A DNA stretch of 61,619 nt, filler included. It is 6 parts of 6 records of this genome, joined end to end, with 100 filler letters (N's around TTAATTAATTAA, not from the genome) between each part and the next. Parts side by side here need not be neighbours in the genome. Positions count along the whole stretch, not along the records: positions 18,338 to 36,551 come from DRR723986_3404; 5 more parts are not named here. One strand, written 5' to 3'. The notes below the pieces were generated by a model. That model did no database searches. It worked only from the letters and a program-made list of their open reading frames with translations, and was not told where the DNA came from. The translations under genes were made by a program, and so were the position numbers. Shown here one piece after another: positions 19,769 through 31,771 of this stretch. Within the stretch, counting starts at the first letter, position 1; the number at the start of each line of letters is the position of its first letter.

Positions 19769-19841
19769 TGAGGCATAGCCAAGCGGTTAAGGCAACGGTT
19801 TTTGATATCGTCATTCGTAGGTTCAAATCCTACTGTCTCAT
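19769..19841 (+). tRNA. trnQ: mitochondrial tRNA-Gln(TTG)
   Basis: Acceptor TGAGGCA/TGTCTCA; anticodon arm ACGGT-TT-TTG-AT-ATCGT. Confidence 0.92.
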
Positions 19842-19995
19842 ATTGCGCGAGCGAAGCGCGAACGATGACGCTTCTGGCGTTCGGAAGAGGTCAATCATCG
19901 TCTCCGCCGCCGAGTTGGTTTCCTTCAGAACGCGCATGTGTTGTCCTTGCCCTTGACTGGCTGCGTTGATCCCAAGTTCGAGGCATGTGAAAACA

Positions 19996-20080
19996 GGAGA
20001 AGTGGCTGAGCGGTTCAAGGCGATAACTTGCTACGTTATTGTATTTAAAAACATCGTGGGTTCAAATCCCACCTTCTCCG
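19996..20080 (+). tRNA. trnS: mitochondrial tRNA-Ser(GCT)
   Basis: GGAGAAG/CTTCTCC, long variable arm, anticodon GCT. Confidence 0.93.
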
Positions 20081-20235
20081 GCCACACGTGTTGCAATTGT
20101 GCTGAATTGTGTTTCAAATCGCAAGAATTTTTCAACATTTGCAAAAAACACACACCGATGATGACATCTTGAAAAAAAAATTTCGTACAAGACCAAGCAA
20201 AAACAGGACCAAGCACAACAAGTTCAAAAGCGCGG

Positions 20236-20649
20236 ATGCTTCGGCGGCAATTCTGTGCGGACACGAGCAAACAGGCCGACACTCTGCCGAAAATAGCCGT
20301 CTGCTTAGCATCATTTAAACCGATAAACCGAAAACGAGAGTTAGCAATGAATTTAGCAAGAGACCATAATTTACATATTGAGTCCACTGTGGATTTTAAA
20401 AAGAAAAATCAACTGTTGTTGTCAGTAATTGCTGGTCCTCATGTTCATAAAAAATCAAGAGATCAGTATAAAATGCAAATATACCGAGGACTTTTTGTCC
20501 TTGTGGTTAACACGAGAGAAGAGTATAAAAGATTTTTAACCTATAAAAAACAGTTATATAGATTGCAAGTTGATGAAGGAATGCAACTATCTTTTGCGTA
20601 TCTACGAGACGAGGTGTGTTGTCTTTCGTCCCGGTTTTGTTCAGCATAA
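20236..20649 (+). CDS. rps10: mitochondrial ribosomal protein S10; start may be 20158 under code 4
   Basis: GPHVHKKSRDQY signature. Confidence 0.85.
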   Translation: MLRRQFCADTSKQADTLPKIAVCLASFKPINRKRELAMNLARDHNLHIESTVDFKKKNQLLLSVIAGPHVHKKSRDQYKMQIYRGLFVLVVNTREEYKRFLTYKKQLYRLQVDEGMQLSFAYLRDEVCCLSSRFCSA

Positions 20650-20759
20650 CAGAAAGGCGGAGCACGAAACACACTCGGCAAAGCAAAATAACTCCACAAA
20701 GCTTTGCGGCACCTACACGGTTGACGTTGTGTATTGAATTTTGAAGGTTTTTGTAAGGC

Positions 20760-21210
20760 CTGCCTTTTGGAAAATTAAGCAAAACATCCGCCAAAAAGGG
20801 CGAAGCCAAAAGGTCGGCAAAAGGGCGAAGCCAATGTCCACATTTCCAAGTTAAAATTCGAAAAACGGCGGGCAACACAGTTAGCGTGTGTCGAGCCAGC
20901 AAACCCTCGTCTTTGCAGACAGACGAGGCTCGTGCGTTCGGTCCGGTTGTTCCTACGCAGTCACAAGAAAGACGAAAGCCAAAGCATCTTGTGCGGAAAC
21001 TGTGCTTGCAAACACTTTCGGGGATCCTTTGCCTCTGTGGCCTTGTTGACCCCTCGCTGTTGGGCGTGCATGTACACACCAACCTATCAGCCTTCGGAAT
21101 TTGCGCGGCCGCGCGCGGATTTAAGGCTCCCGCAAAACGAGACAAAACATGCCGGTCAGGTTTGAGTTTAATCTGAAAATCCTTCGTGGCTTGCTTACGT
21201 GCCGGCGGGA
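20760..21210 (+). pseudogene. probable highly degenerate rps12 relic
   Basis: Between rps10 and rps7; ordered faint matches QCP, RKPKHLVRKL, HTNL, and in another frame LKILRG. Confidence 0.4.
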
Positions 21211-21287
21211 TCTGCGACCTTCGACCGCGGGCGTCGCCGCCTTTTGTGGTGGTGGTGGTCGTAGAAGTGGTCGAAGCCGAAGGGCGG

Positions 21288-21314
21288 AACAACAACAACA
21301 ACAACAACAACAAC
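21288..21314. repeat. (AAC)9 microsatellite
   Basis: Directly visible; poly-Asn in the rps7 frame. Confidence 0.9.
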
Positions 21315-21647
21315 GACTGCTTACATTATCCTTCGGGATTTTGTTCTGTTGAACAACGTAAGCGAGGAATATGGAATAACGGCTGTCACCTTCGACGTCC
21401 AAACACGCGGTATCAGGGATCGATGGTTCAAAGATTCACCCCCTCCTTGTATTTTATATCCCAAGAACGCAAGGGCGCAGCCGCAAGGGGCGCTCTTGCA
21501 AGAAGACGGGCAGATACCGTTACAACAACTGCAGATTTTGGTTCAGACTCGGGTTTTGGGGCCAGCGTGTCGGCTCCTCCACGATTGTCTTTCCAAGACG
21601 CAGGATTCGTAGAATTGTCAGCACTTGTAGCACCTTCGCCCCAAAAT

Positions 21648-22118
21648 ATGGCTTCGACAGGAATCGAACGTGAAATTAGAGAAATTGTTAATAAATTCGT
21701 CAGTTGTCTGATGAAAAATGGAAATCAACCTGTAGCAAAAAAAATTTTGTATGACGCTTGCATGTTTATTAAAATGAGAGACGGAACAAAAACTTCGTGT
21801 AGCCACATGGGCATTAAATTTTTATACCAAGCGGTTCATAACGCAAGACCGCTTATCGAATGTTCACAAAAAGCTTCTGGATCCGCGGGTCGAAGCTTTA
21901 GAAGACGAAACATTAAACCGATTCCAATAACGTCGCACAGGGCAAACAGGCTCGCAATTAAATGAATAATTGAGGGTGCAAGCAAACGTCCGGAAAAAAC
22001 AATGGCTTTACGCCTATCTATAGCCTTGATGGATGCATATCAGGGGAAAGGTTACGCCATAAAAAAACGTGAGGAAACGCACTTGAGGTGCAAGGCTAAC
22101 CTCGCCGTAGCTGCATAA
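21648..22118 (+). CDS. rps7: mitochondrial ribosomal protein S7 (UGA=Trp); start uncertain
   Basis: KFVSCLMKNG..AKKI; LAIK-TGA-IIEGASKR..MALRL..AIKKREETH..AN. Confidence 0.92.
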
Positions 22119-22189
22119 CGGAAACGTAGAGCAGCGCTGTTTTGCTGCACCGCGACCGCGAGGCCAGCCAAAAAAAGCCACACACCAAA

Positions 22190-22723
22190 ATCGCTCGTTC
22201 TATTTGAAAAGGACCCTATATGCACAAAGCGCTGCTTCGAAAGGGCATGTATGAATTCATGATTGCAGAAATAACCCACAGGCCCAAAACCAATGTCGGT
22301 GACGATTCTGCGATAGCAGCTGCTCGTCCTCTAACTGAAGGGGACAAAAAACACACAAATTTTTTTGAAAGAAAAAGAGAGGGAAACCGATTGGCACATA
22401 TCCGGCGAAACTTTGGTTCAGACGAAAACGTCAGAACCAACTCCAAATCTGCGTCAGCAACACCCGCAAAAGGCGCTGGTCTTCGAGCGGCTTCCGCACT
22501 AAAGATCTGAACCCGGAATTCTGTGATACTTCCACACCTTTTAGGAAAAACACACTCCCTCAAAATATACAATGGTAAAAAATTCGTTTCAGTCGAAGAA
22601 CAACTTGGGCCTGCAGTCGCTCAAATTGTGGGTAGAAAAATTGGAGAGTTCAGTGTAACAAGAAAAATATCAAAAAGAACAAATGTTCGTGATAAGAAAA
22701 ACACGCGGGGAGGCCGGGCCTAA
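22190..22723 (+). CDS. rps19: mitochondrial ribosomal protein S19 with large insertion, ATC start
   Basis: ARSI-TGA-KGPY; KI-TGA-TRNSVILP; IYNGKKF; VGRKIGEFSVTRK. Confidence 0.9.
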
Positions 22724-23213
22724 TCGCCACACGCACGTGAATCCTCGACGCCCTTCGCTGACCCTTGTGTGTGAGGTTCTAAATTTGTACCATAACACGA
22801 AAACCACAACCACAAAAAGGGCTCGCGCTTACGCAATTCTCTACGAAAACGTCGCTCCAGCGTGAGCTTTCTGCGGTCAACGTTCCATTCCATGTCTCTC
22901 ATCAAAGGAACGTCCTGAGATGATAGATGTGTCACCGTCGTGGTTGGGCGCGGCGAAACAACATTGTCTCATGGGCCGATGGCATGGCGAAGGTTCTGCG
23001 CTCAACAAAATTGGATGAATTCAGCACAGAGGCTCTACACGGTTCGAAGGGGGGCTGAACCCGCAACACAGAGATGTCCGTGCTGTGTTGAACTAAGAGG
23101 GCAAGCCTGCGAATACGCTGCGCAAAGGTGTGTACCAAGACCCAAGGTTCACCCAAAACGTTTCTTGAACCGATCGGCTGTCTCCTTCAGCCGAAATAAC
23201 CTGTGAGCTTGAG

Positions 23214-23297
23214 GGATAGGTGGCTGAGTGGTTTAAGGCATCAGTTTTGAAAACTGACGTCAATATGACAACAAGAGTTCGAATCTCTTCCTATCCG
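23214..23297 (+). tRNA. trnS: mitochondrial tRNA-Ser(TGA)
   Basis: GGATAGG/CCTATCC, anticodon TGA, long variable arm. Confidence 0.93.
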
Positions 23298-23486
23298 TTT
23301 GTCTGTTGTTTTTTTGCCTCTTGCCCGCTTCGCGGTGGTGGTACAAATTGCTCGCTCCGAGCCGTACGAATGTTCGTTGTCTCTTTGCTTCGCAGCTTCG
23401 CCGCCCAGCCCTGTGGGGTTTTGCTTTGTGTCTTTGTGTTCCGCCTTTTCCGTCCCTCCCTTGCGTAGCAAGCCTTCAAAATCGGT

Positions 23487-23561
23487 GGTGGATATAGCTC
23501 AGTTGGTCAGAGCGATAGTCTGTGGATCTATAAGTCACGGGTTCGATCCCCGTTATTCGCC
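23487..23561 (+). tRNA. trnH: mitochondrial tRNA-His(GTG)
   Basis: Cloverleaf with G-1:C73, anticodon GTG. Confidence 0.9.
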
Positions 23562-23717
23562 TCCTTTTGCTTTTTTTGCCTGCAAGGCCCGCCTTCTTGA
23601 GCCAGCGGGGGTTTCGAGCCGGCTATACGTTTCCGCCTATTCAACAATGCCTCCAATCGAAAAAAGCGGCGGTGAGAGCAAAACCGCGCTCCATGGTTGC
23701 GTTTGCTTCACAATGGC

Positions 23718-23794
23718 GGGCTTATAGTTTAATTGGTTAGAACATACCGCTCATAACGGTAATGCTGCAGGTTCAAGTCCTGCTAAGCCCACCA
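23718..23794 (+). tRNA. trnI: mitochondrial tRNA with CAT anticodon, probably lysidine-type Ile
   Basis: GGGCTTATAGTTTAATTGG...TACCGCTCATAACGGT closely resembles plant/protist mitochondrial trnI(cau); followed by encoded CCA. Confidence 0.8.
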
Positions 23795-24053
23795 GGTCGA
23801 ACAAACATTCTTCGCTCTTTTGGCTGCTGGGATTCTCGCAAAATGAGACAATTTGCGGTTCGTCTACCTTTAGAAGGCCGTGCCCGTTCGCGCAGTGTGC
23901 AAGAGCTATACTGGAGCTGGAGCTTGGAGCTGGTCGTCAGGATTCCGGGCTCTGTTCCCCTGGATTGTTTGTTTCTGCCGGTTGGCTCTTTTTGGAGGGT
24001 GGGCCCGGTATCTGCAGCCCAAAAGAACAAACACTCCGCGGGCAATCAAGGAT

Positions 24054-24127
24054 GGATGTATAGCTCAGTTGGTTAGAGCATTTGACTTCTAATCAAAGAG
24101 TCTTGGGTTCAATTCCCAATACATTCA
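24054..24127 (+). tRNA. trnR: mitochondrial tRNA-Arg(TCT)
   Basis: Anticodon arm TTTGA-CT-TCT-AA-TCAAA. Confidence 0.92.
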
Positions 24128-24497
24128 GTTAATTGCCTTCGGAGAGCCCGAATCAAAACAGAATGCGCACCAAAAGACAAGGCTTTTGGTTGAACGATTT
24201 CACGCTTCTGACGGGCTTCTGCCGCCTGTTTGCCTTTTTCGACCGCTTCTCCGATTTCGGCTTCTTTCCCAGTTCAAGTGTTAGAATTCGACGACGAACC
24301 AACCCATCAAAGACAAACACCAAAAGGGCAAACTTCGCATATCATGGAAGCGACACTAGAGCCGGAGTCCCGTGCTGTGCGCGTGCTTCCGCTGTGTGTT
24401 TTCTTTGATTGCCCTTCGGCGGCTACGACGCGCCTTCTTTTTTGACCGCCGACTTTGCCCGATGCCACCGGTGGGCAAAACAGAAAAGCACCAAAGA

Positions 24498-25298
24498 ATG
24501 CATCTTGTGAGAATCAATTTAGAAAAGTCTTTCGATTATATACTTCGTCATGATACCGTATGTAAAAACAATTTTATAAATGTAATGCAAACACCAAGAG
24601 TACAAAATCTAAGTTTTAATATTGGTGTCGGAGATAAAGCAGTAACAGATCGAAAACAGGTAATACCCGCGCTATTTGCGTTGGAATTGGTCACTGGACA
24701 AAGACCTAACATAACAAGAGCTAGAAAATCAATAGACAAATTTGGGTTACGACGTCAAATGCCCATCGGCGCAAAGGTCACATCACGTGGTAAAAACATG
24801 TATAGCTTTCTCGGGGAGTGTATTAATCCGGTAACTAAAATGCCAATCCTAACGTCTGGCTATCTGCGAAACTTTTTCGGCACCGGCGTGAACGAAGGCG
24901 GAGCAAAAAGGGGCGGAGGAGGTGACGATCTCGGTTGCGAATCAGCACCTGGACTGATCACTGAAAATGCGTGGCAGACACATGCACCCGACTCTCTGCC
25001 GAATGCAACTGTGTGCGTCGGTAACGAGACCCAAAGTTTGTTATCTTTAACAAAGTTTGGACGCGTTGTTTGGGCTCAACATCACGGCTCGGAGAACAAG
25101 TTGAAGGGCAAAAAATCTTTGTGTGCGCCCGACTACGTAATGGATTCTGGAGCCGAGCACGGAAACACCGGCTCTGTTACCGTTGGAATCCCAGATTTGT
25201 TTGTGTTTAAATCTGTAGAAAGGCAGTACAGCAAATTTGATACCCTTTACGGCGCAGACCTCACTGTACGAATATTAAATTTATCCCCTTTAGGTTGA
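24498..25298 (+). CDS. rpl5: mitochondrial ribosomal protein L5 with about 100-aa insertion
   Basis: NVMQTPRV..NIGVG, LELVTGQRP..TRARKSIDKFGLR..PIGAKVT; C-terminal G..TVGIPDL..F. Confidence 0.93.
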   Translation: MHLVRINLEKSFDYILRHDTVCKNNFINVMQTPRVQNLSFNIGVGDKAVTDRKQVIPALFALELVTGQRPNITRARKSIDKFGLRRQMPIGAKVTSRGKNMYSFLGECINPVTKMPILTSGYLRNFFGTGVNEGGAKRGGGGDDLGCESAPGLITENAWQTHAPDSLPNATVCVGNETQSLLSLTKFGRVVWAQHHGSENKLKGKKSLCAPDYVMDSGAEHGNTGSVTVGIPDLFVFKSVERQYSKFDTLYGADLTVRILNLSPLG

Positions 25299-25666
25299 AC
25301 GCCTTTGCAGCACTTGGACGGATCGCATGCGCCTTGAACAACATTCCCAGTGTGTCAGCCTATTGGTGATGAGAAACTCCAAATTCTTTTACGCCAGGAA
25401 GCTTCCGTGTTAATCCACGGACATATTAGAAAAAAAGTTTCTAGCTCTTGAAACAATTTGCTCTCTGGAATCGCGTTACACACTTGGGGTGCGAACTTGC
25501 CGCCGAAAAAGGCGCAAAAGAACAATCCCTCTTAGACGTGGGCATAACGTAAGCAAAAGGAGTGCAGAATTTGGATATTCCACAAGCTGTCGGCTATGCA
25601 GAAGCGTGCATGTGTGCCGGGGTGCGGCATGGACGGAACACGCCCGAATGCGGAGCAAAGCACACG

Positions 25667-27023
25667 ATGAAACAGCATATACACTCAGAAAAATCAATCA
25701 AGTTACTTAAGCATTTTTTTTTGCGAATGAATGGAAAAAAACGAATGAACTCGGCTTTCGTGGACGAGACTTGTCATTCTGAAAATTTGTCGATAAACGC
25801 CGCGGTTAGGTGCAAAGAACCACAAAAAAGCTTGTCCCCAAGACGCTGAGCCGCTTGATTACGGGACAATCCAAGCACAAAAAAAAAAAAAAAAACAGAT
25901 AGGATTATTGTTTCTGAATCAAGGATTGGAATCAGATGATTTAATGAAAATGAGATCTCTTTTAAGAGGATCTGGCATAAATGTAAAAAAAATCCCATTA
26001 CGGTTGTGATCTCGCAGTCGGTCACAGAATAATTTAAATCGGGCCCCAAACCCGACTCAACACAAAAAAATGCTTGTGCACGGAGAAGCGCTGGGATTCT
26101 TTAGCGCCGCCGACGCTGAGGGAGCAAGTTTTTGCTCGGCAGACCCTTTTGTGGCATTTGCAGAGACTTCCGCACTATACCAACACTGAATCAATATAAT
26201 AGCTTTTCTTGCCAGTGTATCAACGACTGCGCCTGCGACGACGAACCATGGAGCCGCTGTTGTGTTTGAGTCTGCGACAGAATCAAAATCATCACGATCA
26301 CGATCACGATCACGACGACCTTCACGCGGTCAAGAACCCGTGACAGCGGGCACGCCACACGGAGTTTGAGCTCGTAGATACGACTGATTACACGTAGCAG
26401 AAAGCTTAACTGCCCAGAATGTGTCTGGATCTGTCGTTGTCGAAGAATTTCCAGGATTGCAGCCGCAGGATGTTTCTTCGTCCTTTGGCAGTTTGTTTTT
26501 TGCTGCGGATTTCTGTTCGCCGGAATATGACAACAACGCCGCTGTCTCAATCAAGGAGCATTCTTATGCTTCGCCTCTAAGACTTTTTGGACGAGCATCC
26601 CCGCCGGCTTGGGACAACGTTGCGTCTGGATCTCAAGGTTCTGCTCATCTCTGTTCGGCGGATGCCGAAAACCCTGCGGCTGCAACAAGTCTTGACGCGG
26701 CAAAACGGGCGCAGTTGTTGGCAGAGAAACAAAATCTTATTAATGATGGTGTACTTACTGTAATATCTCTGTTAAAAAAAAACAATTTACATTATATTGG
26801 TTCAATTGCAAGAAAAGATGGCGGTTCCTCCCCAAAAGTGGAGCAAGCCCCGCACACGTTCCTCTCCGACTTGGAAAATTCACAGTTATATTCCCCAAGG
26901 ACGCTCCAAGGCAACTCGCGATCTGCTTGAAAACGCCTGCTCGCGAGCGCGGGTACGTTCCTCTTTGATTTCGAGTTTTTGAGCTTAAGCGGCCCTAGAC
27001 TGAATTCTTTTGTCCGGCTTTAA
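25667..27023 (+). CDS. rpl10: probable mitochondrial ribosomal protein L10, greatly expanded, with apparent frameshift at an A17 run
   Basis: Code-4 frame open 25797-27023: GLLFLNQGLESDDLMKMRSLLRGSGINVKKI, LVHGEALGFF, LKKNNLHYIGSI; ATG 25667 is in another frame. Confidence 0.55.
26291..26314. repeat. (ATCACG)4 tandem repeat
   Basis: Encodes Ser-Arg repeats within the rpl10 insertion. Confidence 0.9.
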
Positions 27024-27264
27024 ATGGCCTCTCGGTTAACTGCGCGCCCCGAGTTCTGTTCCCCTGCTTGAAAGACACAAAGACCGGCATCGGGCTTTGC
27101 CGTTGTTGTTCTCACAGCCGAAGCCGCAGCCGACGAACAATGTTCAAGGGCGAAGCCAAAAACAAAAAGCTGGGACATTAGACAGTGCGCCTCAAAAATT
27201 CATCCCTGCCCCGCGGTCGGAATGTTTTGAGGCTTATTGAGCCTCAAAAATTCATCCCTAATAA

Positions 27265-27777
27265 ATGTTTCCCTCTATGCATAACTTTAACAGCAACTCC
27301 TACATCTTTAATTTTTTTTATAATTACGAATTAATCGTAATGCTTTGTTTCTTTTTTTTTTTGTTTTCTATGATTCTCTTAGAAAAAGGACAACTTGGGT
27401 CATACCTACAGGAACTCTCGATTGAAGCCAAATCGAAATTGTCTCGATATTTAGAAATTCGGTCAAGTATGATACAAGAACTGTCCCTTCATTTGGATCG
27501 TGCAATGTCAGAAATGAAACGTATCATTGTTTCATGCGACACTACTTCGCAGGACATCCTAGCCTCGCTACAATACGTAACACGGGAATCCTCTAACACA
27601 GACACTATGTTTCAGGTCGATCATCGTCTGAAGACGCTGACATTCCACACACAGTTTCTTTTGCTGGCGATGCAGCAACATTTTACACACGACCTGTTTG
27701 GTACATCAAGCAAATATAATTTAGTGTCAAAAAAAACTTTTTTCGTCGGAGACAAAGCAAAATTGGAATTGGTTTAG
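27265..27777 (+). CDS. atp4: ATP synthase subunit b (atp4/ymf39)
   Basis: 170 aa; [15 protein letters not shown] resembles the atp4 YNEE.IV..CF helix, then a long helical tail; adjacent to nad4L. Confidence 0.7.
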   Translation: MFPSMHNFNSNSYIFNFFYNYELIVMLCFFFFLFSMILLEKGQLGSYLQELSIEAKSKLSRYLEIRSSMIQELSLHLDRAMSEMKRIIVSCDTTSQDILASLQYVTRESSNTDTMFQVDHRLKTLTFHTQFLLLAMQQHFTHDLFGTSSKYNLVSKKTFFVGDKAKLELV

Positions 27778-27944
27778 TCCAAGGAAGCCTCATCTTGGCG
27801 CGCCCTCCAAATGGACTGCACAAAATGGTCGGTTCCGCCGAAAGACGCCCTGCAATGCCGAAATCCTCGGTCGGAGAATGCGTGCAAAAAGGCACGCAGG
27901 CGCGCGCGCCCGCAAACAAAAGCAGCAAAGGTTCCACTCGGAAA

Positions 27945-28253
27945 ATGATTCTCGATATCATTCGATATGTCGCCGTTGCGGTAATCATTTATATACTTGG
28001 TATGTGTGGTATTGTTCTTGGTAGAAAAAACATAATCATTATGTTAATGTCTATTGAATTAATGCTGCTCGCGGTTAATTTAAATTTATTAATCTTTTCC
28101 GTATATATAGACGATTTGATCGGCCAATTTTTTGCATTACTTATTTTAACTGTGGCAGCCGCAGAATCTGCAATTGGTTTAGCCATCTTAGTGATATACT
28201 TTAGAATACGTGGAACAATATTAGTTCAATTTATACATTTTGTGAAAGGATAG
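27945..28253 (+). CDS. nad4L: NADH dehydrogenase subunit 4L
   Basis: [38 protein letters not shown]. Confidence 0.97.
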   Translation: MILDIIRYVAVAVIIYILGMCGIVLGRKNIIIMLMSIELMLLAVNLNLLIFSVYIDDLIGQFFALLILTVAAAESAIGLAILVIYFRIRGTILVQFIHFVKG

Positions 28254-28319
28254 CAATCTTGCTCCGCTCCACAAGTTCGTCTTCGGCCGCAGGAAACCTT
28301 TGTGCCAAAGCAAGGAAGA

Positions 28320-29330
28320 ATGACATTTAATACACATTTAAGAGAAATAAAAATTCGGTTATCTTATATATTTTTGTTGTCTTTCCCTTGTACATTTGTA
28401 TGTTCGTATAGATTTTCCGAACAAATTTTTCGCCTTTTAGCAAAACCCCTGGAACATGCGTGACTGCTTAAGAGCCATCCTGGTTCAAAAGAAAGCGCAG
28501 CCGTCGAAGCATCATCAAGCTGAGGGATGCTCCGCCAGCCCGAAGGTGTACCCTGGCGATTGGCAACGGAAATTGGCAATGCTAACGACCTTGCTGCTAC
28601 GACGCCTTTTTGCCAAGAGGCGGGTACGTTCTGGGCAAGCGTCAACGGCGAAGAACCCCACACGGCGACGACGCAATGTAACACCACGCCGTTTCATTTT
28701 ATTTACACCGAATTAACCGAAGGCTTTTTTACATATTTTCGAGTTTCTCTGTACGTCACCCTCTACCTGCTGGTTTTTTTAACGGCTTACCAGGTGTGAC
28801 TGGCTATTAAACCTGGACTGTATTTTCATGAAAAGTCCTCACTCAAAGTGTTCATTGTGTTATGCATGCTTTTGTTTGTAACAAACGCTGCGATTACATA
28901 CTTTTGCATATTGCCTTCAGCTTGCAAGTTTTTTTTAAGTTTTTCTTCGACTGCGCCTGCGTCGACGACCAGCTCTTGCCCAGAAATGCTGGAGACCGCA
29001 GGCAGCAAACCTCAGATTCACTTGGAAGCACGTATTTATTCGTATGTGTCTTTTATTTTTGGTTTGTTTTTTTGATGTAATTTTATCTTTCAGTTTCCAG
29101 TTCTCGTCACGTTGGCGGTTAGGTTACGTTTGGTTGATGAAAACCTTATCATACGCAACAGAAGAGCGTCTTACGCCTGAGTTATAGCTTTAACTGGCCT
29201 GTCGGCTGCGGTAGACGCCGCAAGTCAACTTTTAATTGTTGCATGCATATTTTTTCTTTACGAGGTTACGGCCATTTTTATTTTGTTTAGCCACGAGGTA
29301 AGATCCCGCAGGCGTCTACTCACGACATAA
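28320..29330 (+). CDS. tatC: TatC/MttB (UGA=Trp) with two loop insertions
   Basis: HLREIKIRL, LAKPL, FIYTELTEGFFTY, YQV-TGA-..IKPGLY..E, FQFP, D..SQ. Confidence 0.9.
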
Positions 29331-29751
29331 CCTTTGAGGGGGGTTATTGACTGCGTCCTGCGTGCAACATTTTGCTTTTTTTCTGCACCAACTCTACGTT
29401 TGCTCGAGACCTTCACACACTCTGGCAGCCAAAAAGACGCCCTCGCTGGCCTTGTCTTTGGTTTAACCACAACAGCCGTTGCCGCAGCGTTTGCTGGTCT
29501 TTTGCCCAGTGTGAGTTGGTGCCGGCTGTTGGTCCCTTAGGGCCTTGGCGGGCACTGATTCTTCTATCGCGGGCTCGCCCGCGACGTTTTTTTGCTTCGC
29601 ATTGCTTTTGTCTGTTGTTTGTTTTTTGTTTTTGGTCCCGCAAACGCTCAAAGTCCGACACGATCTTGCTCCGCCCCGTTTAAACTGAGAATGCCCGTCA
29701 TATATATATATCTTAATCCAAATAGCGAGAGCATCCCGCAAAAAGGGAGAA

Positions 29752-31251
29752 ATTACTAAAATTTTCGAAAATTCTGCAAACATTCTTATATATACTATAT
29801 CTCTACCGATCTTAGGGATTTTACTTTTGTTGTTAACACCTAACACAACAACAGGTGGATACCTGCAGCATCAAATAGCATTTTTTACGTCACTTTTGGC
29901 CTGAATAGCCTCTATTTTTTTGTGAATACAGTTTGATAAACTAACCGCGAGCTTTCAGTTCGTGCATAAATTAGGGTGAATACCGTTCATAAATATAGAT
30001 TTATATGTAGGCCTTGACGGAATATCTCTGTTTTTTGTATTATTGACAACACTTTTGATCCCAATATGCATCTTAATTAGCAGAAATACAGTTAAGGTCT
30101 ATGTTAAAGAATATATGATTTGTTTTCTCTTTCTCGAGTTGCTCTTACTTCTTGTATTTTCAGTCTTGGACTTGATATTATTCTACATTTTTTTCGAGAG
30201 TATTCTAATACCGATGTTTATAATAATTGGAGTCTGAGGGTCGAGAGAACGAAAGATCGGAGCGGCGTATCAATTCTTTATCTATACACTTTTTGGTTCT
30301 GTGTTCTTCCTTATCGCAATTCTTGTTATTTACTTTGAAACAGGAACTACAGATATTAACTTGTTGCTAACGACGCATTTCCCATTTAATCGTCAAATAC
30401 TGCTGTGATTAGCATTTTGAGCATCTTTTGCAGTTAAAATCCCGGTTGTACCTGTACATACCTGATTACCGGAGGCTCACGTAGAAGCACCTACTGCGGG
30501 TTCTGTTATTTTAGCCGGAGTCTTATTAAAGCTTGGCGGGTATGGCCTGCTTCGTTTTTCGATACCGATGTTCCCTGAGGCGTCAATCTACTTTACACCG
30601 TTGGTTTATGTTATAAGTGTGGTCGCCGTGCTGTACGTGTCATTAACAACTTTGAGACAGGTGGACTTGAAAAAAATAATAGCATACTCTTCAGTCGCGC
30701 ACATGGCTTTTGTCACATTAGGTATTTTTACATACAACCTACAAGCAATTGAGGGTAGCATTTTACTTATGCTAAGTCACGGTGTTGTGTCGAGTGCCTT
30801 ATTTATGTGTGTTGGTGTTCTTTACGATCGACATAAAACTCGAGTAATAAAATATTACTCTGGTATGATTCAAGTCATGCCGCTCTTTATGACCCTTTTC
30901 CTCATTTTTTCTTTGGCAAATCTAAGCCTACCAACAACCGCAGGCTTCATCGGCGAATTTTTAGTTTTAGCAGGTTTATTTCAAATTAACAAAACAGTCT
31001 GTCTTTTAGCCGCAATTGGTATGGTTTTGGGTGCTGCGTATTCAATCTGGTTGTGAAATCGTATTGCATGTGGTAATTTAAAAATATATTTCATTAAACT
31101 ATTTGCTGACATTAATACCCGAGAAATTTACATATTCCTTCCTTTGGTGTTTTTGACGTTTTTTCTTGGAATTTATCCAGAGGTTATTCTGGACACGATC
31201 CATGTGTCTGTCAAAAATTTGATTGCGACCGCAATCCATTTTCATGTTTAG
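29752..31251 (+). CDS. nad4: NADH dehydrogenase subunit 4 (UGA=Trp), probable ATT start
   Basis: [49 protein letters not shown]; several TGA at conserved Trp sites. Confidence 0.97.
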
Positions 31252-31535
31252 CGGGAGGTTGGGTCTCGCCAAAGGATGCCAAAGTTTTTGCTTCGCAATT
31301 TGGGCCCAGGCTCTGAAAGATGGACGCCGCGTTATAGATTCTTCCCACGAAATTCATCGCGTGTTGAACCGTTGTCTCGGATCGTGCCTGGTTTAACCGA
31401 CGACAGCAACAACCAACCCACTCGCAGACACAGCAAAAGAATGGCGATCGCCGCCCACAAAATTGCGCAGGTTCAAACGTTTGCGCGCGCCACTTGGGGC
31501 ATCGCCCGTGTGGATGTTTCGTTCGGGGGGATAGA

Positions 31536-31609
31536 GGACTTATAGCTTAATAGGTTAGAGTGCACGCTTGATAAGCGTGATGTTGGCGGTTCAAGTCCGC
31601 CTAAGTCTA
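31536..31609 (+). tRNA. trnI: mitochondrial tRNA-Ile(GAT)
   Basis: Anticodon arm CACGC-TT-GAT-AA-GCGTG. Confidence 0.93.
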
Positions 31610-31656
31610 TTCCACATTCCACACCCCCTCAAGGAATGGGGAATGTAGAGTGGAAT
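31609..31656. repeat. dispersed hairpin element, copy 2
   Basis: ATTCCACATTCC...AAGGAATGGGGAATGTAGAGTGGAAT. Confidence 0.8.
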
Positions 31657-31692
31657 GTTAAGCAGTTGCAACCACAGGTCCCATAACACTTT

Positions 31693-31766
31693 GCTCCCTT
31701 CGTCTAGCCTGGTAAGGACACCGCTTTTTCGTAGCGATAACACGGGTTCAAATCCCGTAGGGAGTA
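31693..31766 (+). tRNA. trnE: mitochondrial tRNA-Glu(TTC)
   Basis: GCTCCCT/AGGGAGT, D arm GTCTAG..GGAC, anticodon TTC. Confidence 0.9.
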
Positions 31767-31771
31767 TGTCG

